Positions 16,950 to 25,944 of a DNA stretch of 64,000 bases are shown here, piece after piece (within the stretch, counting starts at the first letter, position 1; the number at the start of each line of letters is the position of its first letter). The DNA lies in NCBI GenBank assembly GCA_938021675.1, contig CALIFY010000014.1, positions 34,726 to 98,725 on the forward strand, written 5' to 3'. The notes beneath the pieces are model-generated. The model was not told the origin of the DNA and searched no databases. It saw only the letters and a program-made list of their open reading frames with translations. The position numbers and the translations under genes were made by a program. This stretch comes from an uncultured Acidimicrobiales bacterium. GTDB taxonomy: Bacteria > Actinomycetota > Acidimicrobiia > Acidimicrobiales > SZUA-35.

Positions 16950-17857
16950 CCCGTCGGCGATTGTTGGGTCTCTGTGAAGGCTTGCCCGGCTCCGCCGACG
17001 GTGCTGGCAGTGTTGTCTATCAGGCGAGTGGTGCCAAACCAGGCGGCGATAAGTAGACGGGCGTCGGCCCCGAGTACTTCCGGTACCCGAATCGAGGTTG
17101 GGTCGACGGCTGCCGCGTAGTCGAGGCGAGCCCGCGGCTCGGCCGACACCACTTCGGTCATAGCTGCGACGATCCGTTCCGGGTCTGTTTCGCCGTCGCC
17201 GTGGAGTTCCATTCCTCGGTCGAGGGCACGGCGGAGGACAACGGCGGCGGCTCGATCCTCGGTCGTTAGGAGCGAGTTACGGCTCGACATGGCCAAACCA
17301 TCTGCTTCTCGAAGGGTGGGGCACCCGACCACTTCGACCGGAATGGAGAGATCGGTCACCATTCGTCGAACGATGGCGAGTTGTTGGTAATCCTTCTCGC
17401 CAAAGTACGCGTGGCATGGACCGATGATGTTGAACAACTTTGAGACCACGGTGGCTACCCCGCCGAAGTGTTCTGGTCTTGAGACGCCGTCCCACCGTTC
17501 GGAGAGATCGGAAACCGAGATGTTGGTCAACACGTTCCCCTGTGGGTACATCTCGTCGACCGTTGGCACAAAGAGATGATCGACTCCGTTGGTGGCGGCG
17601 ATCGCCGTGTCGCCCTCAAGGTTCCGGGGGTAGCGGTCGAGGTCTTCGTTTGGAGCGAATTGGAGTGGGTTTACGAAAATGCTGGCGACCACGACGTCGT
17701 TTCGTTCGCTGGCGGTCCGCATCAGGGATCCGTGCCCATCGTGAAGAAATCCCATAGTGGGAACGAAGCCAACCGTTGCACCGCTGGCTCGGCATTGGTC
17801 GAGTTTGGTCCGAAGCGGCGCGATCGACGTCTCAGTGGTCACGTTGGTCAAGCTCAT
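16946..17857 (-). CDS. panC: Pantoate--beta-alanine ligase
   Basis: VGFVPTMGFLHDGHGSLM and FGEKDYQQL motifs. Confidence 0.9.
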   Translation of the reverse strand: MSLTNVTTETSIAPLRTKLDQCRASGATVGFVPTMGFLHDGHGSLMRTASERNDVVVASIFVNPLQFAPNEDLDRYPRNLEGDTAIAATNGVDHLFVPTVDEMYPQGNVLTNISVSDLSERWDGVSRPEHFGGVATVVSKLFNIIGPCHAYFGEKDYQQLAIVRRMVTDLSIPVEVVGCPTLREADGLAMSSRNSLLTTEDRAAAVVLRRALDRGMELHGDGETDPERIVAAMTEVVSAEPRARLDYAAAVDPTSIRVPEVLGADARLLIAAWFGTTRLIDNTASTVGGAGQAFTETQQSPTG

Positions 17858-17972
17858 CTGATCACCATTGGTACCGTCGGCGCAGACCCGATCGATGTCG
17901 CAGCCTACGAGACGAATCTCGTTCTACGGTGAACCATAGGCCGCAGTCCTTGCAGATGGAACGGCCGCCCGG

Positions 17973-18761
17973 TCACGTGTCCGACGAAGCGCCGGAATCT
18001 GGCGATGTCCATTCTCCGAGCGCAGTAGACAGCGGTGTCCGGCCAGCGAGGCGGGCTGCTTCGTCGGCCAAGACCAGGTACGTCTGGAGTTCGGCGGGAT
18101 CGATAGCTTCAACGTGGTTGGCCACGGTTTGAACGTCGCCCCGAGCAGCTGGTCCGGTGAGCGCCGCCTGGGGGCCGAGGGCCCGCACGTTGTCCAAGGT
18201 CGAGCTCATCAAATCCCAGAACGCGTCATCGGGGACTCCAGCCGCTGTCGCCAACCGGCTGACCTGAGCGGCGAGCGCGACCAGATGGTTTGCCGCCACC
18301 GATGCCGCTGCGTGATAGGTGGCCCGGCGGTCGTCGTCGACCGTTATGGCCCGGCCCCCGAGGGCGGCGACCAGCCTCCCCGCCGCCGGGTCGCCGGCAA
18401 CAGCGAAGGTAGCGTTGGCCAGCAAGCGCTCGGCGCCGATCCGTAAGTTTGGCAGTGAGACAAGCGGGTGAACCGACCCAACCCTGGTGTGGGGGGAGAG
18501 GGCGTCGAGCCTGGTCGCCCCCGACAGATGAAGTATGGCAGCTGTCCCCGGGCTCAGGGCTTGAGCCACGTCAGCGATGGCATCGTCGGGTACAGCGAGC
18601 ACGACGATGTCGGCCTCGGCCGAGGCGTTGGTGAAGTCTGGCCGCAGCCCGTCGACTGCGTCGTGGTCCAAGATGCCGAGCGATTCCCAGCTCGTAGCCG
18701 ACAACGCGGCCTCCAGCGATCGGCCGGCACGACCGTCGCCAACGATACGAACTGTGGTCAC
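17973..18761 (-). CDS. Rossmann-like / DUF2520 domain protein (putative ketopantoate-reductase-like)
   Basis: N-terminal VRIVGDGRAGRSL dinucleotide-binding loop. The position upstream of panC is conserved in actinobacteria (recalled, not searched). Confidence 0.6.
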   Translation of the reverse strand: MTTVRIVGDGRAGRSLEAALSATSWESLGILDHDAVDGLRPDFTNASAEADIVVLAVPDDAIADVAQALSPGTAAILHLSGATRLDALSPHTRVGSVHPLVSLPNLRIGAERLLANATFAVAGDPAAGRLVAALGGRAITVDDDRRATYHAAASVAANHLVALAAQVSRLATAAGVPDDAFWDLMSSTLDNVRALGPQAALTGPAARGDVQTVANHVEAIDPAELQTYLVLADEAARLAGRTPLSTALGEWTSPDSGASSDT

Positions 18762-18854
18762 AGAGATAGCTCTACGGTACCGCTACTCGCCACACCGTGA
18801 GCGGCTGTGGCTGGTGCCGCCGCCGGTATCGGTGAGGTGGATTCGCTCAGACCC

Positions 18855-19313
18855 TCAACGAGGCGAGCCGAGTTTGTCCTTCACACGCGACATCACCTGT
18901 TCGAGGACGTACAGCTCTTGTTCGTTCATCTGATCGAACAAGAGCTGTCCGAGATCGCGTTCGAAGCCGGGCCGTGCCGAGTCGAGTGCGTTCTTGCCAA
19001 CCTCGGTGAGGATGGCCCACAGGCCTCGACGGTCGTCTTCGCATTCCTCGCGGGCGACGTAACTGGTCTCGGCTAGTCGGTCGATCCGGTAGGTGAGTCG
19101 GCTACGTGACACGAGAACCTCGCGGGCGAGGTCACTCATCCGGAGACGGTGACTCGGAGCCTCTGAGAGGGCGAGAAGTATCTCGTAGTCGGTCAGGGCC
19201 AGGTTCGATCGCGTTTGCAGCTCGTGGTCGAGCCGGTCGGCAAGTCGAACCTTGGCCGAGAGAAAAGTTCGCCACGCGGTGTGCTGGCGCGCGGTCAACT
19301 GTTCTTCGCTCAC
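18855..19313 (-). CDS. MarR family transcriptional regulator
   Basis: Winged-helix region LTDYEILLALSEAPSHRLRMSDLAREVLVSRSRLTYRIDRL...DDRRG. Size is about 150 aa. Confidence 0.8.
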   Translation of the reverse strand: MSEEQLTARQHTAWRTFLSAKVRLADRLDHELQTRSNLALTDYEILLALSEAPSHRLRMSDLAREVLVSRSRLTYRIDRLAETSYVAREECEDDRRGLWAILTEVGKNALDSARPGFERDLGQLLFDQMNEQELYVLEQVMSRVKDKLGSPR

Positions 19314-19491
19314 CCTTCGGATCCTACGGCGGACAGGGGAAAGGAATGCGGTTCGCTAGAGCGAATCAGATTCAATTCTTTAACATCACATCGGCGAGTG
19401 TGAATCATGGGAATTCGGCAGTGTCCTGCGTGGCTATTGCGACATGAATCGACAAACATGTCGGCGGGGCTTACGGGGCGGCGGTAGATTG

Positions 19492-20316
19492 TTAGCGGCG
19501 TTGGCAGTGAGGGCACCACGTGGCGACCCTATTGTCGATCACTGTTGAGCGTAGTGCATTTGAACAACGTCGGCACGGTCGACCGACTCGACCGTATGCT
19601 TCAAGGGCGTTCTGATTGTCTCCAGACCGCCCTTCGGCGTCCCGGTAATCCCGAAGCGTGGTGCCACCATTCTCGATACCTCGGCCCAAAACGACGCGAA
19701 TCGCATCGAGAAGATCGGCTGCTCGACCTTTCCCGATCCTGGTTGCTTTGGGGTTGATCTTTGCCAGCCACAAGGCCTCGTCGGCATAGATATTGCCGAC
19801 ACCGGCGACCGGACGTTGCGACAACAGCTGCACCTTGATGGGTCGCCTGCTCCTTGCCAGCCGCTGCCAAAACTGCTCGCTATCGAATGTTTCGTCGAAT
19901 GGCTCGGGGCCGGCGGTGTGCAGCGTGGGGATCGAAGAGTAGTCGCCGGCCGAAACGACCCGAATGCGACCGAATCTCCGGACGTCGTGATAGGTCAGCA
20001 GCCGGCGATCGTCGAGTAGCCACCAAGCCCGGAGGTAGGCATCGTCCGGATCTTCCTCGACCGATGGGTCGCGGCCACTACTCCGGATAGCTAACCGGCC
20101 CGTCATGCCGAGATGGATGATGAGTTCACGGCCGTCGTCGAGTCCAAAAATGAGAAACTTGCCGCGCCGGCCGTCTTCGGTGAACTCGACCCCAGTGGCA
20201 TCCCTAGCCGGAGTGAACTTGGCCGACGGGTGCGAACCGGCCTCGACGACCCTCCGGCCGATCAGCTCGGGTCCGAGCTGTCGCCGGATCGTTTCCACTT
20301 CGGGAAGTTCAGGCAT
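19492..20316 (-). CDS. mutM: Formamidopyrimidine-DNA glycosylase / Nei family
   Basis: N-terminal MPELPEVE, an H2TH region, and a C-terminal zinc finger CRRCSNAL...WCPHCQ. Confidence 0.85.
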   Translation of the reverse strand: MPELPEVETIRRQLGPELIGRRVVEAGSHPSAKFTPARDATGVEFTEDGRRGKFLIFGLDDGRELIIHLGMTGRLAIRSSGRDPSVEEDPDDAYLRAWWLLDDRRLLTYHDVRRFGRIRVVSAGDYSSIPTLHTAGPEPFDETFDSEQFWQRLARSRRPIKVQLLSQRPVAGVGNIYADEALWLAKINPKATRIGKGRAADLLDAIRVVLGRGIENGGTTLRDYRDAEGRSGDNQNALEAYGRVGRPCRRCSNALRSTVIDNRVATWCPHCQRR

Positions 20317-20346
20317 GACGCCGCCTCCGACGGCGGGCGATGTCGG

Positions 20347-21642
20347 TCACGGAGCTGCAACCCCGCCGGTAAGTGCTTTGGCGACCGCCCGACCAGAACC
20401 CAACGCTCCGTTGATAGAGGCGTCTCGCGTATGGTCGCCACAGATCCACACGCCGTCGTTGGTTCGCAACGCCCCGCTTCGATCGTGGCCGACGGGATGG
20501 GTTGGCTGTGCCCGGTCTATCCTGTCGACCCGCAGGGTTTCCCATTTTGTTACGACCGACCCGAACCAAGACTGGAGCTGGTCGACGACGCCGGTGACGA
20601 GTTCCTCCCCATGGGGGCCGCCGGGCCGGTGTGGGGTGGAAGCCACGATCGTGGCCGCTCCGGTTGGGGCGTAGCCGGCGCTGATTTGGCTCATCGCCAC
20701 CATCGAGTTGATGGGCCCAGACCCACTGCCGTTCAATATGAGGACGGGATCGTCGATCGGCGACTCGTCCGCTCCGAACCAGATCGACGTCACCCCACGC
20801 CAACCCCTCGGCTCGATGCCGGTAAGGTCGGCCGCTTCGGTCATGCCGGTCGCCACGATGACCTCATCGGCATGAACGATCTGTCCGTCGGAGAGCCTGA
20901 CGCTTCCCGGCTTGACCGAGTGGACGGGAGTGTCGAATCGCAGAGCACTCTCGGGCAGTCGACTGGCTAACTGATCCGAGATTGCCCCCATCCCGGCGGC
21001 CGGAACCACCGCGTCGCCCCCAGCCAGCATCCGAAACACGAACTCGAGTACCCGGCTTGACCCTCCGAGATCGGGGTCGAGGGTGATACCGGCGAACAAC
21101 GGACCCAAAAAACGGTCGATCATCGTGTCGCTGAATCCGGCATCGGAAAGACGCTGACGCCCGGTCGACTCCGACCGCTGCCACAGGTCGGCGAGGGTGC
21201 CCCGCCCAACCTTGCGGCGGAAGGCCAGGATCTTGGCCTTGTCGATCGGTGACCCGATCGGGGCCCGGATCGTGTCGACTACCGACTTTGGTTGGCGAAA
21301 CGGATCACCGACGCGATGGAAGGCATCGTCGAAGCGAACCAGGGCACCGGGTGAGAACGGGCGAAGGTCGAGAGCTTCGTAGTCGAGAAGTGCTCGGGCT
21401 TCGGGATAGCCGCTCAACAGGACTTGGAAACCGCGATCGAGGCGGTGACCGTCTACCACGTCGGTCCGGACGCGGCCGCCAGGGCCGTCCGATGCTTCCA
21501 AGACCACAACATCGTGGCCGGCCGAGGTGAGCTCCACCCCTGCGGCTAATCCGGCGAGACCTGCTCCAACTATCGCTATGTCCACCCGATGGTTGTAGCA
21601 GCCTCTGTTGAAGATCGCCCGATTAAGGCCGGGTAGAACCAC
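20347..21642 (-). CDS. FAD-dependent oxidoreductase (amine oxidase / desaturase-like)
   Basis: Dinucleotide fold DIAIVGAGLAGLAAGVELTSAGHDVVVLEASDGPGGR. The start is uncertain (GTG 21642 or GTG 21585). Confidence 0.7.
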   Translation of the reverse strand: MVLPGLNRAIFNRGCYNHRVDIAIVGAGLAGLAAGVELTSAGHDVVVLEASDGPGGRVRTDVVDGHRLDRGFQVLLSGYPEARALLDYEALDLRPFSPGALVRFDDAFHRVGDPFRQPKSVVDTIRAPIGSPIDKAKILAFRRKVGRGTLADLWQRSESTGRQRLSDAGFSDTMIDRFLGPLFAGITLDPDLGGSSRVLEFVFRMLAGGDAVVPAAGMGAISDQLASRLPESALRFDTPVHSVKPGSVRLSDGQIVHADEVIVATGMTEAADLTGIEPRGWRGVTSIWFGADESPIDDPVLILNGSGSGPINSMVAMSQISAGYAPTGAATIVASTPHRPGGPHGEELVTGVVDQLQSWFGSVVTKWETLRVDRIDRAQPTHPVGHDRSGALRTNDGVWICGDHTRDASINGALGSGRAVAKALTGGVAAP

Positions 21643-21735
21643 TAATATTTCCGTCCACCTGTCGAAGAGGAGCTACCTCGTTCGTCGTGGTGATGAAGCG
21701 GGCGCTGGACCTACCAGCGTCGACCCAAGGGAGAA

Positions 21736-22098
21736 GTGATGAAGTACGCCTGTTTGATTTACTCCGACGAGAACGATCCGACAATCCACCCGGATCCAGG
21801 AAGCCCCGAGATGGCCGAAACGATGGCTGCGTATCAGGCTTTCGGAACCGAAGCCGAGGGCGCGGGCGTGATCGTCGGTGGTGAGGCGTTGGTTCCAACG
21901 TCGGCCGCTACCTCGGTCCAAGTGCGTGATGGCGAGGTGGTGACCACCGACGGCCCGTTCGCCGAAACGAAAGAGCAGCTCGGCGGGTTTTACCTGCTCG
22001 ACTGTGAGACCCTCGATGAGGCGGTGTCGTGGGCGGCCAAGATCCCGGGGTCGTTCTATGGAACCGTCGAGGTTCGACCGGTCGTCGAGTTTGACTAG
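21736..22098 (+). CDS. YciI-like (DGPF) family protein
   Basis: MKYACLIYSDE...DGPFAETKEQLGGFYLLDCETLDEAVSWAAKIP. Confidence 0.8.
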   Translation: MMKYACLIYSDENDPTIHPDPGSPEMAETMAAYQAFGTEAEGAGVIVGGEALVPTSAATSVQVRDGEVVTTDGPFAETKEQLGGFYLLDCETLDEAVSWAAKIPGSFYGTVEVRPVVEFD

Positions 22099-22126
22099 CC
22101 ACCGACCGGTGTCCGCATCCTGACCG

Positions 22127-23392
22127 ATGAACGTTAACCGTCGGGTCGAGCAACTGGTTCGCGATGAGTGGCCCCGTCTCGTCGCCACGTTGATGGGTGA
22201 CCTCGGCGACCTGAGTCTGGCCGAGGACGCAGCCCAAGATGCGGCCGAGGTCGCCCTGCGTCGCTGGCTCGACGACGGTATTCCCGATCGGCCCGGCGCC
22301 TGGATCACTACGGTGGCCAGACGTCGGGCCGTCGATCGAATACGTCGAGAGCGGGTCGGCCGGGAGAAGGCCGCCAAACTGGCTCGCCTCGAGGCCCGCT
22401 TGGAAGGCGACGACGCGATCGGCGAAGATCATCACGCCGCCGGGGCCGAGCTGCTGCGCGACGATCAGCTTGGGTTGCTGTTCGGCTGTTGTCATCCGGC
22501 GTTGTCGATCGAGGCCCAGATGGCGCTCACCCTTCGGTCGATCGGGGGACTGACAACTCAGGAGATCGCCAAGGCGTTCCTCGTGCCCGAGTCGACGATG
22601 GCGCAACGACTGGTGCGAGCGAAGCGCAAGATAGCGGCCGCCGCAATCCCGTTCCGGATTCCGGGCGACAGTGAGCTTCTCGGTCGAGTGGGTGTCGTTC
22701 ACCATGTGCTCTACCTCATTTACAACGAGGGCTACGCCGCCAGTCACGGCGACGACCTGATACGGCATGAGTTGACGACCGAAGCCATCCGGTTGTCTCG
22801 GCTCTTGGCCTCTCTCTTGCACGACGATGCGGAGACTCACGGACAGCTCGCACTGTTTCTGTTCACCGAGTCACGCCGCCAATCTCGCACCGACGCCGGC
22901 GGCGATCTGGTGCTGCTCGGCGATCAAGATCGAAGCCGTTGGGATGCCTCGCTCATCGCCGAAGGGCGAACAGCCCTCGACCGGGCAATCGCTCGCAACG
23001 CCCCTGGGCCGTTCCAGCTCGAGGCGGCGATCAACGCCCTTCACGCTGATGCCGCCGACGCTGAGGCTACCGATTGGCGACAGATCTCGATGTTGTATCG
23101 AGAACTTCGCCGGTACCGGCCGACGCCGATCGTCACCTTGAACCAAGCGGTGGCGGTAGCGATGGCCCATGGCCCGTCGGCCGGTCTGACGATGCTCGAG
23201 CGAAAGAACTTGGCCGCTGACCTCGACGGCTACGCCCTGTTCCATTCGACGCGAGCCGATCTTCTTCGGCGGCTCGGTGACGCAGCCCCCGTCGGCGAAG
23301 CCGAGGCCGCCTACCGCCGGGCCATCGAGTTGACCGAAAACGAACCGCAGCGGCGGTTTCTGCGTAAACGGCTGAAAGAGGTGTCGCCGTAG
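22127..23392 (+). CDS. ECF sigma factor with long C-terminal (TPR-like) extension, ECF42-like
   Basis: Sigma-70 region 2 (DAAQDAAEVALRRW...WITTVARRRAVDRIRRE) and region 4 (LRSIGGLTTQEIAKAFLVPESTMAQRLVRAKRKI). A helical extension of about 230 aa follows. The gene sits next to a YciI/DGPF gene. Confidence 0.75.
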   Translation: MNVNRRVEQLVRDEWPRLVATLMGDLGDLSLAEDAAQDAAEVALRRWLDDGIPDRPGAWITTVARRRAVDRIRRERVGREKAAKLARLEARLEGDDAIGEDHHAAGAELLRDDQLGLLFGCCHPALSIEAQMALTLRSIGGLTTQEIAKAFLVPESTMAQRLVRAKRKIAAAAIPFRIPGDSELLGRVGVVHHVLYLIYNEGYAASHGDDLIRHELTTEAIRLSRLLASLLHDDAETHGQLALFLFTESRRQSRTDAGGDLVLLGDQDRSRWDASLIAEGRTALDRAIARNAPGPFQLEAAINALHADAADAEATDWRQISMLYRELRRYRPTPIVTLNQAVAVAMAHGPSAGLTMLERKNLAADLDGYALFHSTRADLLRRLGDAAPVGEAEAAYRRAIELTENEPQRRFLRKRLKEVSP

Positions 23393-23411
23393 TCTCTGGG
23401 GGCCTCGGCGA

Positions 23412-24800
23412 CTACCGGCTCTGGACCACTGAAGCCTTTGGTGCTGGCTCTTCCCCGCTCGTCGTGCTGCTCACCGGCCTGCGGTACGGTTCGACCAGCG
23501 CATCGGTTCGACCGGACCACAAGAAGATCGCCCCGCCAAACGCGGTGAATCCGGCAGCCAGCCAATAGCCGATCGGAACCGAGACAATCCCTTCGACCAG
23601 ACCGTCGGTGCCGAGATCGACCTCGAAGGTCCGCTCGATGGCCCACATCGTGGCCAGTGCCGCCAGCGCCAGCGAGGCGATGGTCAGGAACGGGGGATAG
23701 GCCGGCGTACGGCGCAACAGGAACAGGCCAGGGAACAGCAACAAAATGACGGCCACCTGCCCGATCTCGATGCCGATGTTACGGCCGAGCAGCGAGAGCA
23801 GCTGGCTGGATCGGGAGACGTCTAGGTCCGAGACGAGTGAGGCGAAGCCCATGCCGTGGAATAGGCCAAAGACGAAGGACAAGCTCCACTCGCGGTTCGG
23901 GAAGACGGGCCGGAGGTTGTGCAGGGCAGCGGCCACGATGGAGAGCGCAATGATGGTTTCCACCACCTTGGAGGGCGGCGTCGGCAGCCAACCCATCCCG
24001 GCCAGGGTGAAGGTGATCGAGTGAGCGATAGTGAAGAACGTGGCGATCTTCACTACCCGCCACAAGGATGCACCGAAGCCGTCCATCGGCTGCCAGCGGC
24101 CGGCAAACACGAGCACCGACGGGAGCAACAGGGCGAGGACGAACAGGATGTGATCTGGACCGGTCTTGATGTGGTCGATTCCGAGGGTGATGCTAGATGC
24201 CAGGTTGCCCCACAACCCACGGGCCCCGAGGTCCACCCGCTGGTCGCGCTCGCCGGCGGTGTAGGTGACGAGTAGTTCCTTATCGGGAGCGAACTCGCCG
24301 GCGGCGTAACCACCGGTGATCAGTAGTAGACCATCCCGGCCGTCGATCTCGTCGAAGAACGGGTCGAACGTGACGTCGATCTCGGTGGGCGTCGCATCGG
24401 GGAGCGCGTCGTCTGCCACCCGATACTGGACCACGGCGAACGCAAGCTCGCCCGGCGCTTCCCGGAACAGGTCGACCTGGTCGAAGGTGATGGGCCAGGT
24501 CTCGCCGTCGATCCCGATTCGCAGATGCTCAGCCGCGTATGCCCGCAGCGCATCGGCGTTGTCTCGAAGCGTTTGCTCGATCTCTGGGTCTGTTCCCGAT
24601 AGGTCAAGCCCCAGTACCTCGGCCACGTCGCCAACGGCGAACTCAACCCGTCCATCGACTGCGCCGTCGGCCAGGAAGAGGTAGACGTACGGCTGCTCGG
24701 TGGTGTGGGCGGCGGCAGGACCGGCCCCGAAGCTAAGCGACAACGCCGAGACGATGCCGAGGGCGACGAGAACCCGGACGAGTCGCTTTGGTCCGATCAC
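23412..24800 (-). CDS. HupE/UreJ_2-type membrane protein with ~200 aa extracytoplasmic N-domain
   Basis: GIDHIKTGPDHILFVLALLLP, FTIAHSITFTLA and LFHGMGFAS, in a multi-TM C-terminal half. Signal peptide ...GAGPAAA|HTTEQ. I set the start at GTG 24800, which overlaps the upstream stop (GTGA). Confidence 0.7.
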   Translation of the reverse strand: MIGPKRLVRVLVALGIVSALSLSFGAGPAAAHTTEQPYVYLFLADGAVDGRVEFAVGDVAEVLGLDLSGTDPEIEQTLRDNADALRAYAAEHLRIGIDGETWPITFDQVDLFREAPGELAFAVVQYRVADDALPDATPTEIDVTFDPFFDEIDGRDGLLLITGGYAAGEFAPDKELLVTYTAGERDQRVDLGARGLWGNLASSITLGIDHIKTGPDHILFVLALLLPSVLVFAGRWQPMDGFGASLWRVVKIATFFTIAHSITFTLAGMGWLPTPPSKVVETIIALSIVAAALHNLRPVFPNREWSLSFVFGLFHGMGFASLVSDLDVSRSSQLLSLLGRNIGIEIGQVAVILLLFPGLFLLRRTPAYPPFLTIASLALAALATMWAIERTFEVDLGTDGLVEGIVSVPIGYWLAAGFTAFGGAIFLWSGRTDALVEPYRRPVSSTTSGEEPAPKASVVQSR

Positions 24801-25735
24801 GGGTTCGCTTCGCCTCGACGACGAGCAAACATCACGCCCGCTCCTGCGACCGCCAGCCCAACGAGCACGGCAGGGGCGATCCACGTTGTCGAGCCGCTGC
24901 CGGTATCACCATCGTTGTCGGAGGTCGACGACGCGGCGGCCGCTTCGTCCGAGGTGTCATCGGAGGTGTCATCGGAGGTGTCACTGAGGGCGTCGTTGGA
25001 GGTTTCGACAGCATCATCGTCAAGCACGCCGTCCGGCGCCTCGGCCTCGCCCGATTCCATCGCCTCTTCGACCATCTCCAGATCGATCTCGCCCTGGCCT
25101 TCGTCGAGATCACCCGATGGTTCCTCGCCTGCAGGCGTCGAGTACCAGGCCTGAAGCGGTGCGGCGAGTTCGGCGAAGGACGATGGTCGATCGCCGCTCC
25201 GTTCGGTTTCGGTGAAGAAAATCTCCCGCTCGCCGATTGCCACGGTAAACCGTGAGGCTGCGCCACCGGTGACGACACCTTGATACCGCCCTCCCTGAGC
25301 GGTGCCTTCAAGTATGGCGAGGCGGACGTAGGAGGTCTTGCTGAACTCTTCGTCGAATGTTTCGCGCATCTCGGGAACGATCTTGGTGACCGACCCGTCC
25401 GGAGCGGTGAGATCGACGACTGGAAGCTCGGCGTCATCCAAGTCGATTTCTGGCGCCAGGTTTGGAATGAGCAGGGCGACATAGAGGTCGTCGCCTTCCC
25501 GAAGGTCGAACTCGAAGCCTCTCGTATCACCCGCGTTGAGGACAGAGCCGTACAATGCCCAGGAGATGGTGCCGTCGGGCATATACGGGCCGGTGTCTGG
25601 TGTTGTCTGATCGTCGTCGAGGAAGATCGGATCGTGGGCGCTTGCCCTCCCCGCAAAGCCGAGTATGACGGCCCCCGCAGCGAACAGGGCTACCGCAGCC
25701 CTGCGTCGTGTTCTCCCGATCGATCTGTTGATCAC
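24797..25735 (-). CDS. Secreted beta-rich protein with acidic Ser/Asp/Thr tail and C-terminal TM anchor; function unknown
   Basis: Signal peptide ...GFAGRASA|HDPIF. The acidic low-complexity region includes an SDDT repeat (12-bp units at 24951..25010). It is followed by WIAPAVLVGLAVAGAGVMFARRRGEANP. Confidence 0.6.
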   Translation of the reverse strand: MINRSIGRTRRRAAVALFAAGAVILGFAGRASAHDPIFLDDDQTTPDTGPYMPDGTISWALYGSVLNAGDTRGFEFDLREGDDLYVALLIPNLAPEIDLDDAELPVVDLTAPDGSVTKIVPEMRETFDEEFSKTSYVRLAILEGTAQGGRYQGVVTGGAASRFTVAIGEREIFFTETERSGDRPSSFAELAAPLQAWYSTPAGEEPSGDLDEGQGEIDLEMVEEAMESGEAEAPDGVLDDDAVETSNDALSDTSDDTSDDTSDEAAAASSTSDNDGDTGSGSTTWIAPAVLVGLAVAGAGVMFARRRGEANP

Positions 25736-25944
25736 CGAAACGTCCTTCCGTCAATGTTGCAACGTTTTTCGGCGCTGGCGGTCGATCGGATGCAGTGCTA
25801 CCGAACATGCATGAATAACTCAAGTTTGAAATAGAAGTAAATTCAGTTTGGTACTTGTCGCTGAATACGACGAGCCGTGGTCTGAATTTCCTTCTTGACC
25901 CCCCGCTTCGTTCGGCCTGGATATGTTGTTCCTAAGGGGGGAAG

